Shown piece by piece: positions 1-8,249 of a stretch of DNA of 55,931 bases. The notes under the pieces are model-generated. The model did no database searches. It saw only the letters and a program-made list of their open reading frames with translations, and was not told where the DNA came from. The stretch lies in the IMG/VR virus record IMGVR_UViG_3300042305_001857, positions 1 through 55,931 of that record. One strand, given 5' to 3'. The number at the start of each line of letters is the position of its first letter. The stretch's first letter is position 1. The translations under genes and the position numbers were made by a program. The stretch comes from a virus (Duplodnaviria; Caudoviricetes).

Positions 1-1
1 A

Positions 2-802
2 GTAAATAGTGACTATGTTCCAAGACAAAATATAACATTCAAAATGTCTATGGACAAAATAACAATAAATAAAAACAACAAGTTATTACAAGAAATAAAA
101 CGCAATCAAGGTTCCACTGAATCTATACAGTATAACAAAGGATATACACTCCTTGAAGAACAAATAAAAACAAGTGAAGCGGTAAATAAAAATGTCGTTA
201 TTTTTTACGCTGTTCCAAAACACAACGCAAGAATCAGCAATATCAAAAAAGATCTTGAAGATGGCATTCCTCATTTCTTTTATGGACAAAATAAAGGCAT
301 AGTAAATAAAATAACATTTAGAGAAGAAAGTATACCATTTTTCAAAGAAGCAAACATTCAATCGCAAGTAGATAGAAAACCATGGCGACCGGGTATATTT
401 CTCCGATCAAAATATAATGTAGTAATAGAAATGATGGGAACTGTAAACTTCCGTGTTGGAAGTATGGTTTATATTTCTCCTTCTTTTCCCGGAGTTATAA
501 ATACTGCTGAACCAATTGATTATGGTATTGGTGGATATTTTGTCATTGTTTCAATCAATACAGAAATAGAAAGTGGAAAATATACAACAACGCTTGAATG
601 TAACTGGGTTGCTACTGGAACTGGTGAATATACAGATCTAAGCCACCTACCTTTCAAAGTTGTAACACTACCAAGACCACTTGAAGATATAAGAAGAGCA
701 GAAGCAAACGAAACCAATATATTGATACAGCAATCCGCACGTCAAAAAGAACAAGTTGAAAGAATAAAAATGGGCGACACTGCTTTCAGTAGGAAAAACT
801 GA
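2..802 (+). CDS. 5'-truncated virion structural protein, C-terminus resembling baseplate hub / late-control-D-like proteins
   Basis: Frame is open from position 2. The pattern 'V.IEMMGTVNF.VGSMVYI...GGYF.I.SI..EI.SG.Y.T.LEC' is typical of baseplate-hub C-termini. Confidence 0.45.
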   Translation, partial: VNSDYVPRQNITFKMSMDKITINKNNKLLQEIKRNQGSTESIQYNKGYTLLEEQIKTSEAVNKNVVIFYAVPKHNARISNIKKDLEDGIPHFFYGQNKGIVNKITFREESIPFFKEANIQSQVDRKPWRPGIFLRSKYNVVIEMMGTVNFRVGSMVYISPSFPGVINTAEPIDYGIGGYFVIVSINTEIESGKYTTTLECNWVATGTGEYTDLSHLPFKVVTLPRPLEDIRRAEANETNILIQQSARQKEQVERIKMGDTAFSRKN

Positions 803-807
803 TAATC

Positions 808-2082
808 ATGAAATACAAAAACACTGACAACAAATATCTAAAAGAAATAAACAAAACAGCAGAAGAGACAAAATACTTTTCTGACGATCCGATCCATTCA
901 ATAATACCTCAATCAAATAACAAGTCAAGTGCTCTGCCTATGTATTTGAATAGATTGAACTATGAAATACAGTTTGATCGTGTTTTGCCAATCATGTCGT
1001 TGAAACCAGAAAACTTCAAAGACTTTTTATATACAGATCAACTATATGGTAAAATAAATACAAACAATGATGTTGTCAATATAAATGAACAAGAACTTGT
1101 TTCTTTATCTTCCAAACAAACTCTTCGTCTTGTAGCACCAGCAGCAGATGCTTTCAATAGGCTTTTTACAAGGCACAAAAATCTACTTGACAAACAAGTT
1201 ATAGACAGGCAAAGTGTTTTTGCCGATATAATACCTCAAAAAGCATTTATATCACCAAACTTACAACATTCACAATATCTAAATGCTTATTTCAATGACT
1301 TTTACAACTTTATAAACAGTAATGATCTAAATAAAAAAATATTAGATTTTCGTAGTTTTATAAAGTATTTTATGCTGTTTTATAATACAAAAGAAAAAAT
1401 AATAAACAGAACTACATTTATAAAAACAAAAATGTGTAGTCCATTATGTAGTGGGCTTGTTGTAGAAATAGCAGATGTAAAACACGGAAATGACAAAGAA
1501 GTATATACAAAATATATACAAGATCCATCGTTTGGTATATTTGACACTCTAACAAAACAACATGGCTTTGTTGTGGATAAACATTCTCCGTGGAGACTTA
1601 CATTTGATATTGCTGGTTCAAACGCCAAAGAATATATGAATAAATATAATATATCAACTACTGATCAATATTTCAACCAGTTTTATTATTATACTGAATA
1701 TTTCAACTATGAAAACCTAAAAATAAACTTATTAAACTTGTATAACTTTATTGCTACACAAAAACCATCTATTACAGTAATAAAAACAAAGTCAGTAAAT
1801 GGAAGTATTTGTGTTAACACCCAAACAACACAAAGAAACTTTATTCAATATGAAAATATATTTGACAACATAGCAGAAGAAGATATGCTAAAAATATATA
1901 CATATACAATCTGTTGTGAAAACAATATGATTTCAACCAAAAATCAGTTTGAACAACTTTTTAGCGAAATGTTGTCAATAAAAAAATATTTCAATGACTT
2001 TGAAGCGTTTGATTTTTTGAATAACAAAAGAAAAGAACTCAGTAACACCGGAACAAATACTTTCACAAAGTCTTTTTTCTGA
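808..2082 (+). CDS. Hypothetical protein with possible degenerate peptidase M15 (VanY-like) fold
   Basis: 424-aa ORF. Segments 'AADAFNRL', 'SGLVVEIAD' and 'HGFVVDKHSPWRL' echo M15B motifs but lack the Zn ligands. Confidence 0.3.
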   Translation: MKYKNTDNKYLKEINKTAEETKYFSDDPIHSIIPQSNNKSSALPMYLNRLNYEIQFDRVLPIMSLKPENFKDFLYTDQLYGKINTNNDVVNINEQELVSLSSKQTLRLVAPAADAFNRLFTRHKNLLDKQVIDRQSVFADIIPQKAFISPNLQHSQYLNAYFNDFYNFINSNDLNKKILDFRSFIKYFMLFYNTKEKIINRTTFIKTKMCSPLCSGLVVEIADVKHGNDKEVYTKYIQDPSFGIFDTLTKQHGFVVDKHSPWRLTFDIAGSNAKEYMNKYNISTTDQYFNQFYYYTEYFNYENLKINLLNLYNFIATQKPSITVIKTKSVNGSICVNTQTTQRNFIQYENIFDNIAEEDMLKIYTYTICCENNMISTKNQFEQLFSEMLSIKKYFNDFEAFDFLNNKRKELSNTGTNTFTKSFF

Positions 2083-2122
2083 TCTTGACTTCTTCCACAG
2101 AACGCGTTAGGTTTGTGGCACT

Positions 2123-3307
2123 ATGACTTTTTTGACCCTTGACGATAAAGAAGAATGCATTGGCTTCTACCACAGCGGAAAACTGGTGTTTGGAGAAGAA
2201 ATGCCAGACGAACCCAACAAAACTTGGAAGCACTACTCTTATCTAAAAAATAAAAATATAAAATATGCCAATATTCTTGTTGGCGGAAAAGAATATGACG
2301 AAGTGTGCCCAGAACATTTAAAAGAGGAATGGTCTGCACTAAACACAAAAGCAAAAGCATTTGTTCGCAGTTTTATTGAATCAAAAGTATCGCTAAAACA
2401 AAACTGCTTTTTTGATCTTGTTCCACAAAAGTTTTTAGCAGATTTTTGTGAAATAAAATGTCAAATAATAGACTGGGTATTTGATAATGCTCCCGAACCT
2501 GTTGATTATCAGTTCAAGCACGATCTTGAAGTGTTTATAGCAGATATAAGAAAACAAAAAATAAGTTTTGATGAAGAACAAATAAAAAATAACTTGCACG
2601 ATACAAAAACCAAAGAGTTCCATCAAACTTATGGCCAAAAAGATAACTACATCAGTTATAACCAGTTTTCTTCCAAGACAGGACGGCTCACAACAGAAGA
2701 AAATAGTTTTCCCATTCTCAACCTGTCAAAAAGTTTGAGGTCATATATCAAAGCAGAGAATGATTTCTTGTTAGATATTGATTATAACGCAGCGGAGGTG
2801 CGTGTATTTCTTGGTCTAAACGAAGTAAAACAGCCCACAAGCGACATTCATGAGTGGAACATGGATAAGTTTGGGTATGGCAGCAGAACCATTGCTAAAA
2901 ACGATTTTATCTCTTGGTTGTATGGTAAGAAAAACGATAGAGAAACAGAGTTTCGTAAGTATTATAATGCAGACAAAATAAAAAAGAAATATTGGGATGG
3001 AAATAACATAACAAATCACTATGGCAGAGTGATAAAAGCAGATGAGTTTCATGTTACAAACTATGTGGTTCAAAGCACAACAGCAGATATGACATTACGA
3101 CAAGTTTTGAAAGTAAATGAAATACTGAAAGGCTATCAGTCAAAAATAAAAATGATTATACATGATAATATTGTTATTGATATGAAAAAAGAAGAAAAGC
3201 ATCTAATAAAAAATATTGTTGATACTTACAACAATACAGACTTTGGTAAGTTTAGATCATCTGTAAAGATAGGTAAAAATCTGGGAAATATGAGGAATAT
3301 ACTATGA
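2123..3307 (+). CDS. Minimal family-A DNA polymerase (polymerase domain only)
   Basis: 'KTGRLTT', motif A 'DIDYNAAEVRV', motif B 'RTIAKNDFISWLYG', 'NYVVQSTTAD', motif C 'IHDNIV'. Confidence 0.8.
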   Translation: MTFLTLDDKEECIGFYHSGKLVFGEEMPDEPNKTWKHYSYLKNKNIKYANILVGGKEYDEVCPEHLKEEWSALNTKAKAFVRSFIESKVSLKQNCFFDLVPQKFLADFCEIKCQIIDWVFDNAPEPVDYQFKHDLEVFIADIRKQKISFDEEQIKNNLHDTKTKEFHQTYGQKDNYISYNQFSSKTGRLTTEENSFPILNLSKSLRSYIKAENDFLLDIDYNAAEVRVFLGLNEVKQPTSDIHEWNMDKFGYGSRTIAKNDFISWLYGKKNDRETEFRKYYNADKIKKKYWDGNNITNHYGRVIKADEFHVTNYVVQSTTADMTLRQVLKVNEILKGYQSKIKMIIHDNIVIDMKKEEKHLIKNIVDTYNNTDFGKFRSSVKIGKNLGNMRNIL

Positions 3308-4152
3308 TATCTGTTGTAGGTATTGGTGAGTTTTGTTCTAAGCTTGCCAATGGTTTGTCAAAATATAGCCAATATAATGTTTATGCAGTAACGGATAGCA
3401 AACTATCAACAAACTGTCTTGTAGTGAAGTCACTTGACAACGCAGAACAATATGAAAAGGAATATTCCGAGTTTGCTTGGAGTTCTCTTGTAAAAGACAG
3501 TAATACTGAAATATCGGTAATAGTGGATGGATCGGAAGCAGTAAGTGGAGTTGTTCTTGCTCTTTTAGAAAAGTTTAGAGATAGAAAAATAAATGTTTAT
3601 TATATCAAGTCAGATCTTGAACTGATGGGAAACATAGAAAAACTACAACATAAAGTGTGTTTTGGTATACTACAAGAATATGCCCGTTCTGGTTTGTTTG
3701 AAAACTTTATTTTATTTGATAAAACAAAACTGGAAAATATGTTGAATAATGTCAGTATTTTAGAAATAGAAGAAGAAACAGCAACTCTTATGAATTCAAC
3801 ATTACATTATGTAAATGTTTATAGTAACTTGAAGCCAATGATGTCAAACAATGTATCAATGAGTGATATAACAAGAATACAAACTATTGGACTATCAGAA
3901 ATAGGTTCTCTTGATATCAACTGGTTTTATGATCTGGAAAATATAGAAGAAGTTATATATTATTTCGCTATAAACTCTGATACTCTCAAAAAAGAAAAAA
4001 AACTGCTACAAACAATAAAAAATCAAGTAAAGGAAAAACAAAAAGAAAACAACATAAAAGTCAGTTTTAGTATTTTTGAAACAAAATACAACCAAAACTT
4101 TGTATATTGTGTAGGAAAAACAAAACATATCCAGCAGCAGCAGACGGCTTGA
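3304..4152 (+). CDS. Degenerate tubulin/FtsZ-like protein
   Basis: N-terminal 'ISVVGIGEFCSKLA' matches the first tubulin/FtsZ strand-loop. 'VIVDGSEAVSG' sits at the GGGTGSG position, and 'ILFDKTKL' resembles 'IPNDKL'. Confidence 0.5.
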   Translation: MISVVGIGEFCSKLANGLSKYSQYNVYAVTDSKLSTNCLVVKSLDNAEQYEKEYSEFAWSSLVKDSNTEISVIVDGSEAVSGVVLALLEKFRDRKINVYYIKSDLELMGNIEKLQHKVCFGILQEYARSGLFENFILFDKTKLENMLNNVSILEIEEETATLMNSTLHYVNVYSNLKPMMSNNVSMSDITRIQTIGLSEIGSLDINWFYDLENIEEVIYYFAINSDTLKKEKKLLQTIKNQVKEKQKENNIKVSFSIFETKYNQNFVYCVGKTKHIQQQQTA

Positions 4153-4177
4153 CAGGTGATCTGATCGGTGCTATGAT
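4149..4177 (+). promoter_or_regulatory. Sigma70-type promoter (TTGACA-17-TATGAT, extended -10)
   Basis: TTGACA 4149-4154 and TGcTATGAT. The -35 overlaps the upstream TGA stop. Confidence 0.7.
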
Positions 4178-4233
4178 GCCTCACCATCACCGAACAACCG
4201 CTGGTTGCAGGTGTTCTAACAAAGGAAGTAAAT

Positions 4234-4638
4234 ATGTCAAAAGTAACAGTAAATCGCCGTGGTCCCGTAGGAAATGCTGGTCGCGTAACACTTTCTCATC
4301 TTCGTGCTGGTGAGACTTTCCGTTTTCCACGTTCAGCCCCAGGAACCGTATATCAACTACTGACTATCTCAAACCGTTCTGTTGACGAGGGATTTGAGGG
4401 AGTAGATGCTTTTATGTTTGCTAATGTTGCTACCGGACAAGTCTATGTAGCAGAGGATAGCCGAACTGTTGTTCCAGTTGACTGTTCTCTAACTGTTCGT
4501 GAGCGTGTAAATGTTGAACCAACCCGCTCATCACGTTCAAGCCGTTCATCATCTGCTCGCTCAACTCGTTCTTCAACTACTCGTTCAAGCCGTTCATCAA
4601 CCACTGTTCGCGCTACAAAGCGTCGCTCACGTCGTTGA
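4234..4638 (+). CDS. Hypothetical protein with Arg/Ser/Thr-rich basic tail, probably nucleic-acid binding
   Basis: SD AAGGA, own promoter and terminator, tail 'RSSRSSRSSSARSTRSSTTRSSRSSTT...KRRSRR'. Confidence 0.75.
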   Translation: MSKVTVNRRGPVGNAGRVTLSHLRAGETFRFPRSAPGTVYQLLTISNRSVDEGFEGVDAFMFANVATGQVYVAEDSRTVVPVDCSLTVRERVNVEPTRSSRSSRSSSARSTRSSTTRSSRSSTTVRATKRRSRR

Positions 4639-4657
4639 TAAAAAATACATAGGTATT

Positions 4658-4686
4658 GGGCCGAGAAATCGGCCCTTTACTTTTTT
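4658..4686 (+). terminator. Rho-independent terminator
   Basis: GGGCCGA-GAAA-TCGGCCC followed by a T-rich tract. Confidence 0.8.
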
Positions 4687-4688
4687 AT

Positions 4689-4805
4689 GAGACAGTGATA
4701 AAGTAGAAACAGTCAATATTGAAAGTTATTAGATAATCTTATTGACAACATGATTGGCTTTGTTTGTGCCAACATTTACGGTCTTCTCAACAATAAGTTG
4801 ATGAG
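4689..4805 (+). ncRNA. Putative structured RNA leader upstream of the SSB gene
   Basis: Pairings GAGACaGTGA/TTACgGTCTT, GTCAATA/TATTGAC, ATGaTTGGC/GCCAACAT and TCAAC/GTTGA. Confidence 0.35.
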
Positions 4806-4823
4806 CCACAAGGAGTAAGTAAA

Positions 4824-5561
4824 ATGGGTATTGATATTCGCGCTATGCAAAAAAAACTTGAAAAACTCAATAACAAGGGTAAGTCAAGTTCAGAGTCTGC
4901 TTTCTGGAAGCCAGATGATGGTATTCACGAAGTTCGTGTTCTACCAACACCAGATGGCGATCCATTCAAGGAGTTTTGGTTTCATTATAATGTTGGAAAC
5001 CAAAGTGTAATGTGTCCAAAGCGTAACTTTGGAGAGGATTGTGCTGTTTGTGAGTTCGCCACAAAGTTGTTCAAGAGTGGCGAGCCAGATAGTGTTGCTG
5101 CAGCAAAAGAACTTTTTGTTCGTCAGCGTTTTCTATCTCCTATCCTTGTTCGTGGAAGTGAAAAGGATGGAGTAAAAGTTTGGTCCTACTCAAAGACTGT
5201 ATATGAAGAACTACTAAAAACAGTTCTTGATCCAGACTTTGGAGATATTACAGATCCAGAAAATGGTTTTGATCTAAAAGTAGATAAGGGCAAGAAAAAT
5301 GGTGCTCGTTATTCAACCATGACAGTAAAACCCAAGCCAAAGTCAACACAAATGTGTAAGGGTCTTGGTAGTCAAGAGTGCAAAGAACTACTTGATAGTG
5401 TTCCTGATCTATCAGCTATCTTTACACGAATGTCTCCACAGGAAGTTCAAGCAGCACTTGACAAACATCTGGCAGAACCAGATGAAACAAGTGTTGGTGT
5501 AGAAAAGGGTGGTGGCGTTGAAAACGCTGTTGATGCCGCTCTACGCGAACTTGATCTTTGA
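4824..5561 (+). CDS. Single-stranded DNA-binding protein (T4 gp32-like)
   Basis: 'FWKP...VRVLP...PFKEFWFHY...CPK..GEDCAVCE', 'DITDPENGFDL' and an acidic C-terminus; lies next to the recombinase. Confidence 0.8.
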   Translation: MGIDIRAMQKKLEKLNNKGKSSSESAFWKPDDGIHEVRVLPTPDGDPFKEFWFHYNVGNQSVMCPKRNFGEDCAVCEFATKLFKSGEPDSVAAAKELFVRQRFLSPILVRGSEKDGVKVWSYSKTVYEELLKTVLDPDFGDITDPENGFDLKVDKGKKNGARYSTMTVKPKPKSTQMCKGLGSQECKELLDSVPDLSAIFTRMSPQEVQAALDKHLAEPDETSVGVEKGGGVENAVDAALRELDL

Positions 5562-5574
5562 TAAAACTTGATGC

Positions 5575-5603
5575 TTGACAGGGGCGACCAAAGAGTGTAA
5601 TAT
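5575..5603 (+). promoter_or_regulatory. Sigma70-type promoter (TTGACA-17-TAATAT)
   Basis: Upstream of the recombinase; GC-rich spacer. Confidence 0.6.
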
Positions 5604-5657
5604 CTCTTTGGTCGTTTTCTATTTGCAGCATAACTATTTCAAGGAGAAAAAAGAAAT

Positions 5658-6812
5658 ATGGCAAAACTAAAAGAAGTAAAAGCGGGAAAAGTAGATGTAG
5701 CCGAACTACGAAAAGCACTAAACAGTAAACTAAAAGGTGCTGTTTATGATCTGCGTGAACAAAATCCAACAGATGTAAAAGATTGGATCTCAACTGGTTC
5801 AACATGGCTTGATGGTATTGTTTGCAAGGGTAAACTGGCTGGTATTCCAGTTGGAAAAATAATAGAAATAGCCGGTATACAAGCAACAGGAAAAAGTTTT
5901 CTTGCTGCACAAATAGCAGGCAACTCACAAAAACTTGGCATTACACCGGTTTATTTTGATGCTGAAAGTGCGCTAAACAGCGACTTCCTGACAAAAGCAG
6001 GATGTGATCTTGAAAGCTTGATATATATTCAGCCAACTGACCTTGAAAGTGTTTTTGAAACAATGGAAACACTTATGGGTTCAAGTGATCAAAGATTTCT
6101 TTTTATTATTGATTCACTTGCGGCAACGCCAACAAAAGTTGATATCGAAGGAACATTCAATCCAAATGAGCGTATTGGCGTAAAAGCAGCACTACTTGCA
6201 AAAGCATTTCAAAAAATAACAACACCACTTGCTCAACGAGAATGCACACTCATTATACTAAACCAACTAAAAGTAAACATCAAAGCAACAAGTGAAGCCC
6301 CGATGGGTGGCAAATATCTAACAGATAGTCAAAAATACAATACACCAGGCGGCAGTTCACCAGACTTTTTTACAAGTTTGCGTATATGGCTTACCAAGTC
6401 ATTTGCCAAAGACAGCATGGTTTATGATGATAAAGGCTATCAAATAGGTTCATTTGTAAAAGCAAGAATAGAAAAAAGCCGTTTTGGAACACAAAATCGT
6501 GTTGCCGAGTTCAAAATATTGTGGGGAGATCAAGTTGGTGTTCTAAATGAAGAAAGTGTTCTTGAAGCAATCAAGGGAAAAACCGAACACCTTGAAACAG
6601 GAGGCTGGAACAAACTAACCTATGCCGATGGAACAGTAGAAAAGTGGCAGGGTTTGGAAGAAGGTTTTGTAGAACTAATGAGAACAAATGAAAAGTTCCA
6701 CAATCGTGTTATGGAAATATTTGATTATGAAGTTATTCAGAAGTTTGACAAGAAATTGGGAGATGCCAAGGATTTCCTAAATGATGGCAAAGGCGAAGAC
6801 GTTCAACATTGA
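5658..6812 (+). CDS. recA: RecA/UvsX-like recombinase
   Basis: 'ISTGSTWLD', 'GIPVGKIIEIAG', Walker A 'GIQATGKS', 'YFDAESAL', Walker B 'FIIDSLAA', 'ILNQL', 'TPGG'. Confidence 0.92.
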   Translation: MAKLKEVKAGKVDVAELRKALNSKLKGAVYDLREQNPTDVKDWISTGSTWLDGIVCKGKLAGIPVGKIIEIAGIQATGKSFLAAQIAGNSQKLGITPVYFDAESALNSDFLTKAGCDLESLIYIQPTDLESVFETMETLMGSSDQRFLFIIDSLAATPTKVDIEGTFNPNERIGVKAALLAKAFQKITTPLAQRECTLIILNQLKVNIKATSEAPMGGKYLTDSQKYNTPGGSSPDFFTSLRIWLTKSFAKDSMVYDDKGYQIGSFVKARIEKSRFGTQNRVAEFKILWGDQVGVLNEESVLEAIKGKTEHLETGGWNKLTYADGTVEKWQGLEEGFVELMRTNEKFHNRVMEIFDYEVIQKFDKKLGDAKDFLNDGKGEDVQH

Positions 6813-6840
6813 CTATTTAGTTTTTGTAGGGAGAAAACAC

Positions 6841-6933
6841 ATGAAACTTACAAAAGAAAAACTAAAACAGATAATCAAAGAAGAGCTTGAAGATGTTCTA
6901 AAAGAACAAAAAGAAAGTTCTAAAGCTAAATAA
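6841..6933 (+). CDS. 30-aa peptide MKLTKEKLKQIIKEELEDVLKEQKESSKAK
   Basis: SD GGGAG, ACTATTTA motif upstream (6812) and a terminator downstream; below the ORF-track cutoff. Confidence 0.65.
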   Translation: MKLTKEKLKQIIKEELEDVLKEQKESSKAK

Positions 6934-6938
6934 CTAAA

Positions 6939-6967
6939 GAACCCGCAGAAATGCGGGTTTCTTCTTT
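6939..6967 (+). terminator. Rho-independent terminator
   Basis: AACCCGCA-GAAA-TGCGGGTT followed by TCTTCTTT. Confidence 0.8.
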
Positions 6968-6988
6968 ATAACAACCCGCGCTCGCTGC

Positions 6989-7017
6989 TTGACACCGCAC
7001 CGATCTGCTGCTACAAT
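6989..7017 (+). promoter_or_regulatory. Sigma70-type promoter (TTGACA-17-TACAAT, extended -10)
   Basis: Near-consensus hexamers upstream of the deaminase. Confidence 0.75.
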
Positions 7018-7046
7018 CAGGGCAACCAACATAGGAGCCTGATACC

Positions 7047-7542
7047 ATGAAGTATCTTGATTTTGTAGTACCTCGCTGAAGATATTGCATCACAGTTTCG
7101 TGATGATACTCTACAGCATCAAGTTGTTGCCCTTGCTGTCAAGGGTGGCAAGATTATCAACTTTGGCGTCAATAAGCGCCGTTACAGTCGCGGAAAGAGT
7201 GTTTTCAAGTGTTCAATGCACGCTGAAATTGATCTTTTGAGCAAGATGGAAGAACGAGCGAGAGGAAGCAAGATTTATATCTATCGTTTCAACAATACAA
7301 CTTCTCCTATTGCTCGCGAGAACAAGAATGGCAAGCCTTGTCCGCTCTGCCAACACGCACTGAAGAACGCTGGTGTTTCAAGGGTTATTTATATTGATGA
7401 CGATGGTGAGATGAACACGATGAAGAATCGTGATATGATCGGTCTTGTTGGACAGCCAAGCAATATCACCAACCATTTCCTTGAAAGGTTTGGAGATCAA
7501 CATCACGGTAAGTTTTTGGTAAATCAGTTTATTGCTGCATAA
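7047..7542 (+). CDS. Cytidine/dCMP deaminase-like Zn protein, interrupted by a +1 frame break near the 5' end
   Basis: Has HAE and PCxxC motifs. The body frame is open from 7069 (YLAEDIASQF...VVALAVKGGKIINFGVN). The SD AGGAG + ATG 7047 frame stops at TGA 7077. Confidence 0.7.
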
Positions 7543-7550
7543 GAGGTTCT

Positions 7551-7754
7551 ATGGAAAGTAAGTTTGACAAACAAACAAGTGATGGTCTTTATACATTTAG
7601 TAATAGTGAAGTATTTGAAGCATTAACCATGTGGTGTGCAAAAAAAGGTATCACTCTTGATAAAAATAGTGTAAAATCTTTTGATTGTTCCCATATTGAA
7701 AATGGTTGGTCAGTATTTTTAGGTTTCAATCACAAAGAAAGAAAGGTAGGATAA
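7551..7754 (+). CDS. Hypothetical protein
   Basis: 67-aa ORF with GAGG SD. Confidence 0.6.
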   Translation: MESKFDKQTSDGLYTFSNSEVFEALTMWCAKKGITLDKNSVKSFDCSHIENGWSVFLGFNHKERKVG

Positions 7755-7760
7755 TTATAC

Positions 7761-8024
7761 ATGTTTATTGTAACACTTAACCATTACTGTGGTTCTTCTT
7801 TGGAAGCCTCTCAGCCTCAACAAATCTGGGGTCCATTTCAAACAGAAAAAGAGGCTATCGAACTTGAAGATAATGTTAACAAATGGATTGAAGCTAATTC
7901 CTGGGGAGGAGAAAGGCTCGCACAGACATTTGAAGTTAACGATCTGAATTTTCCAAAATCTGCAGATGAATTGCGTGATATTTTAGGCGAAGACGATGAA
8001 GAAGATGACGATGAAGAAGTGTGA
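7761..8024 (+). CDS. Hypothetical protein, acidic tail
   Basis: 87-aa ORF with AGGA SD. Confidence 0.6.
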   Translation: MFIVTLNHYCGSSLEASQPQQIWGPFQTEKEAIELEDNVNKWIEANSWGGERLAQTFEVNDLNFPKSADELRDILGEDDEEDDDEEV

Positions 8025-8073
8025 GATAAGATAAAACCTTTAAAGGTTATTACTGGAAATATAAGGAGGAATA

Positions 8074-8169
8074 ATGCCACATCCCAGAAAAAATCGCCCA
8101 CGCAAAGGACGACGAAAAATCGGTTCCGCTAAACGTAAAGCCCGCAAGAAGAACAAAAAGCAGAAATGA
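8074..8169 (+). CDS. 31-aa very basic peptide MPHPRKNRPRKGRRKIGSAKRKARKKNKKQK
   Basis: Strong SD AAGGAGGA; not in the ORF track. Confidence 0.65.
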   Translation: MPHPRKNRPRKGRRKIGSAKRKARKKNKKQK

Positions 8170-8209
8170 AAACTTAGTTATAGCAAACACACTTTTTATG
8201 TGTTATGAT

Positions 8210-8237
8210 ACCCCACTGCAAAGTGGGGTTTTCTTTT
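8210..8237 (+). terminator. Rho-independent terminator
   Basis: ACCCCACT-GCAA-AGTGGGGT followed by TTTCTTTT. Confidence 0.7.
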
Positions 8238-8249
8238 ATGGGTAAAAAA

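Noticed and set aside
3304-4152. Evidence for a nucleus-forming (PhuZ/chimallin) jumbo phage
   Set aside because: The tubulin-like ORF lacks the GTPase signature, and no chimallin or multisubunit RNA polymerase is seen. The promoters are host sigma70-type.
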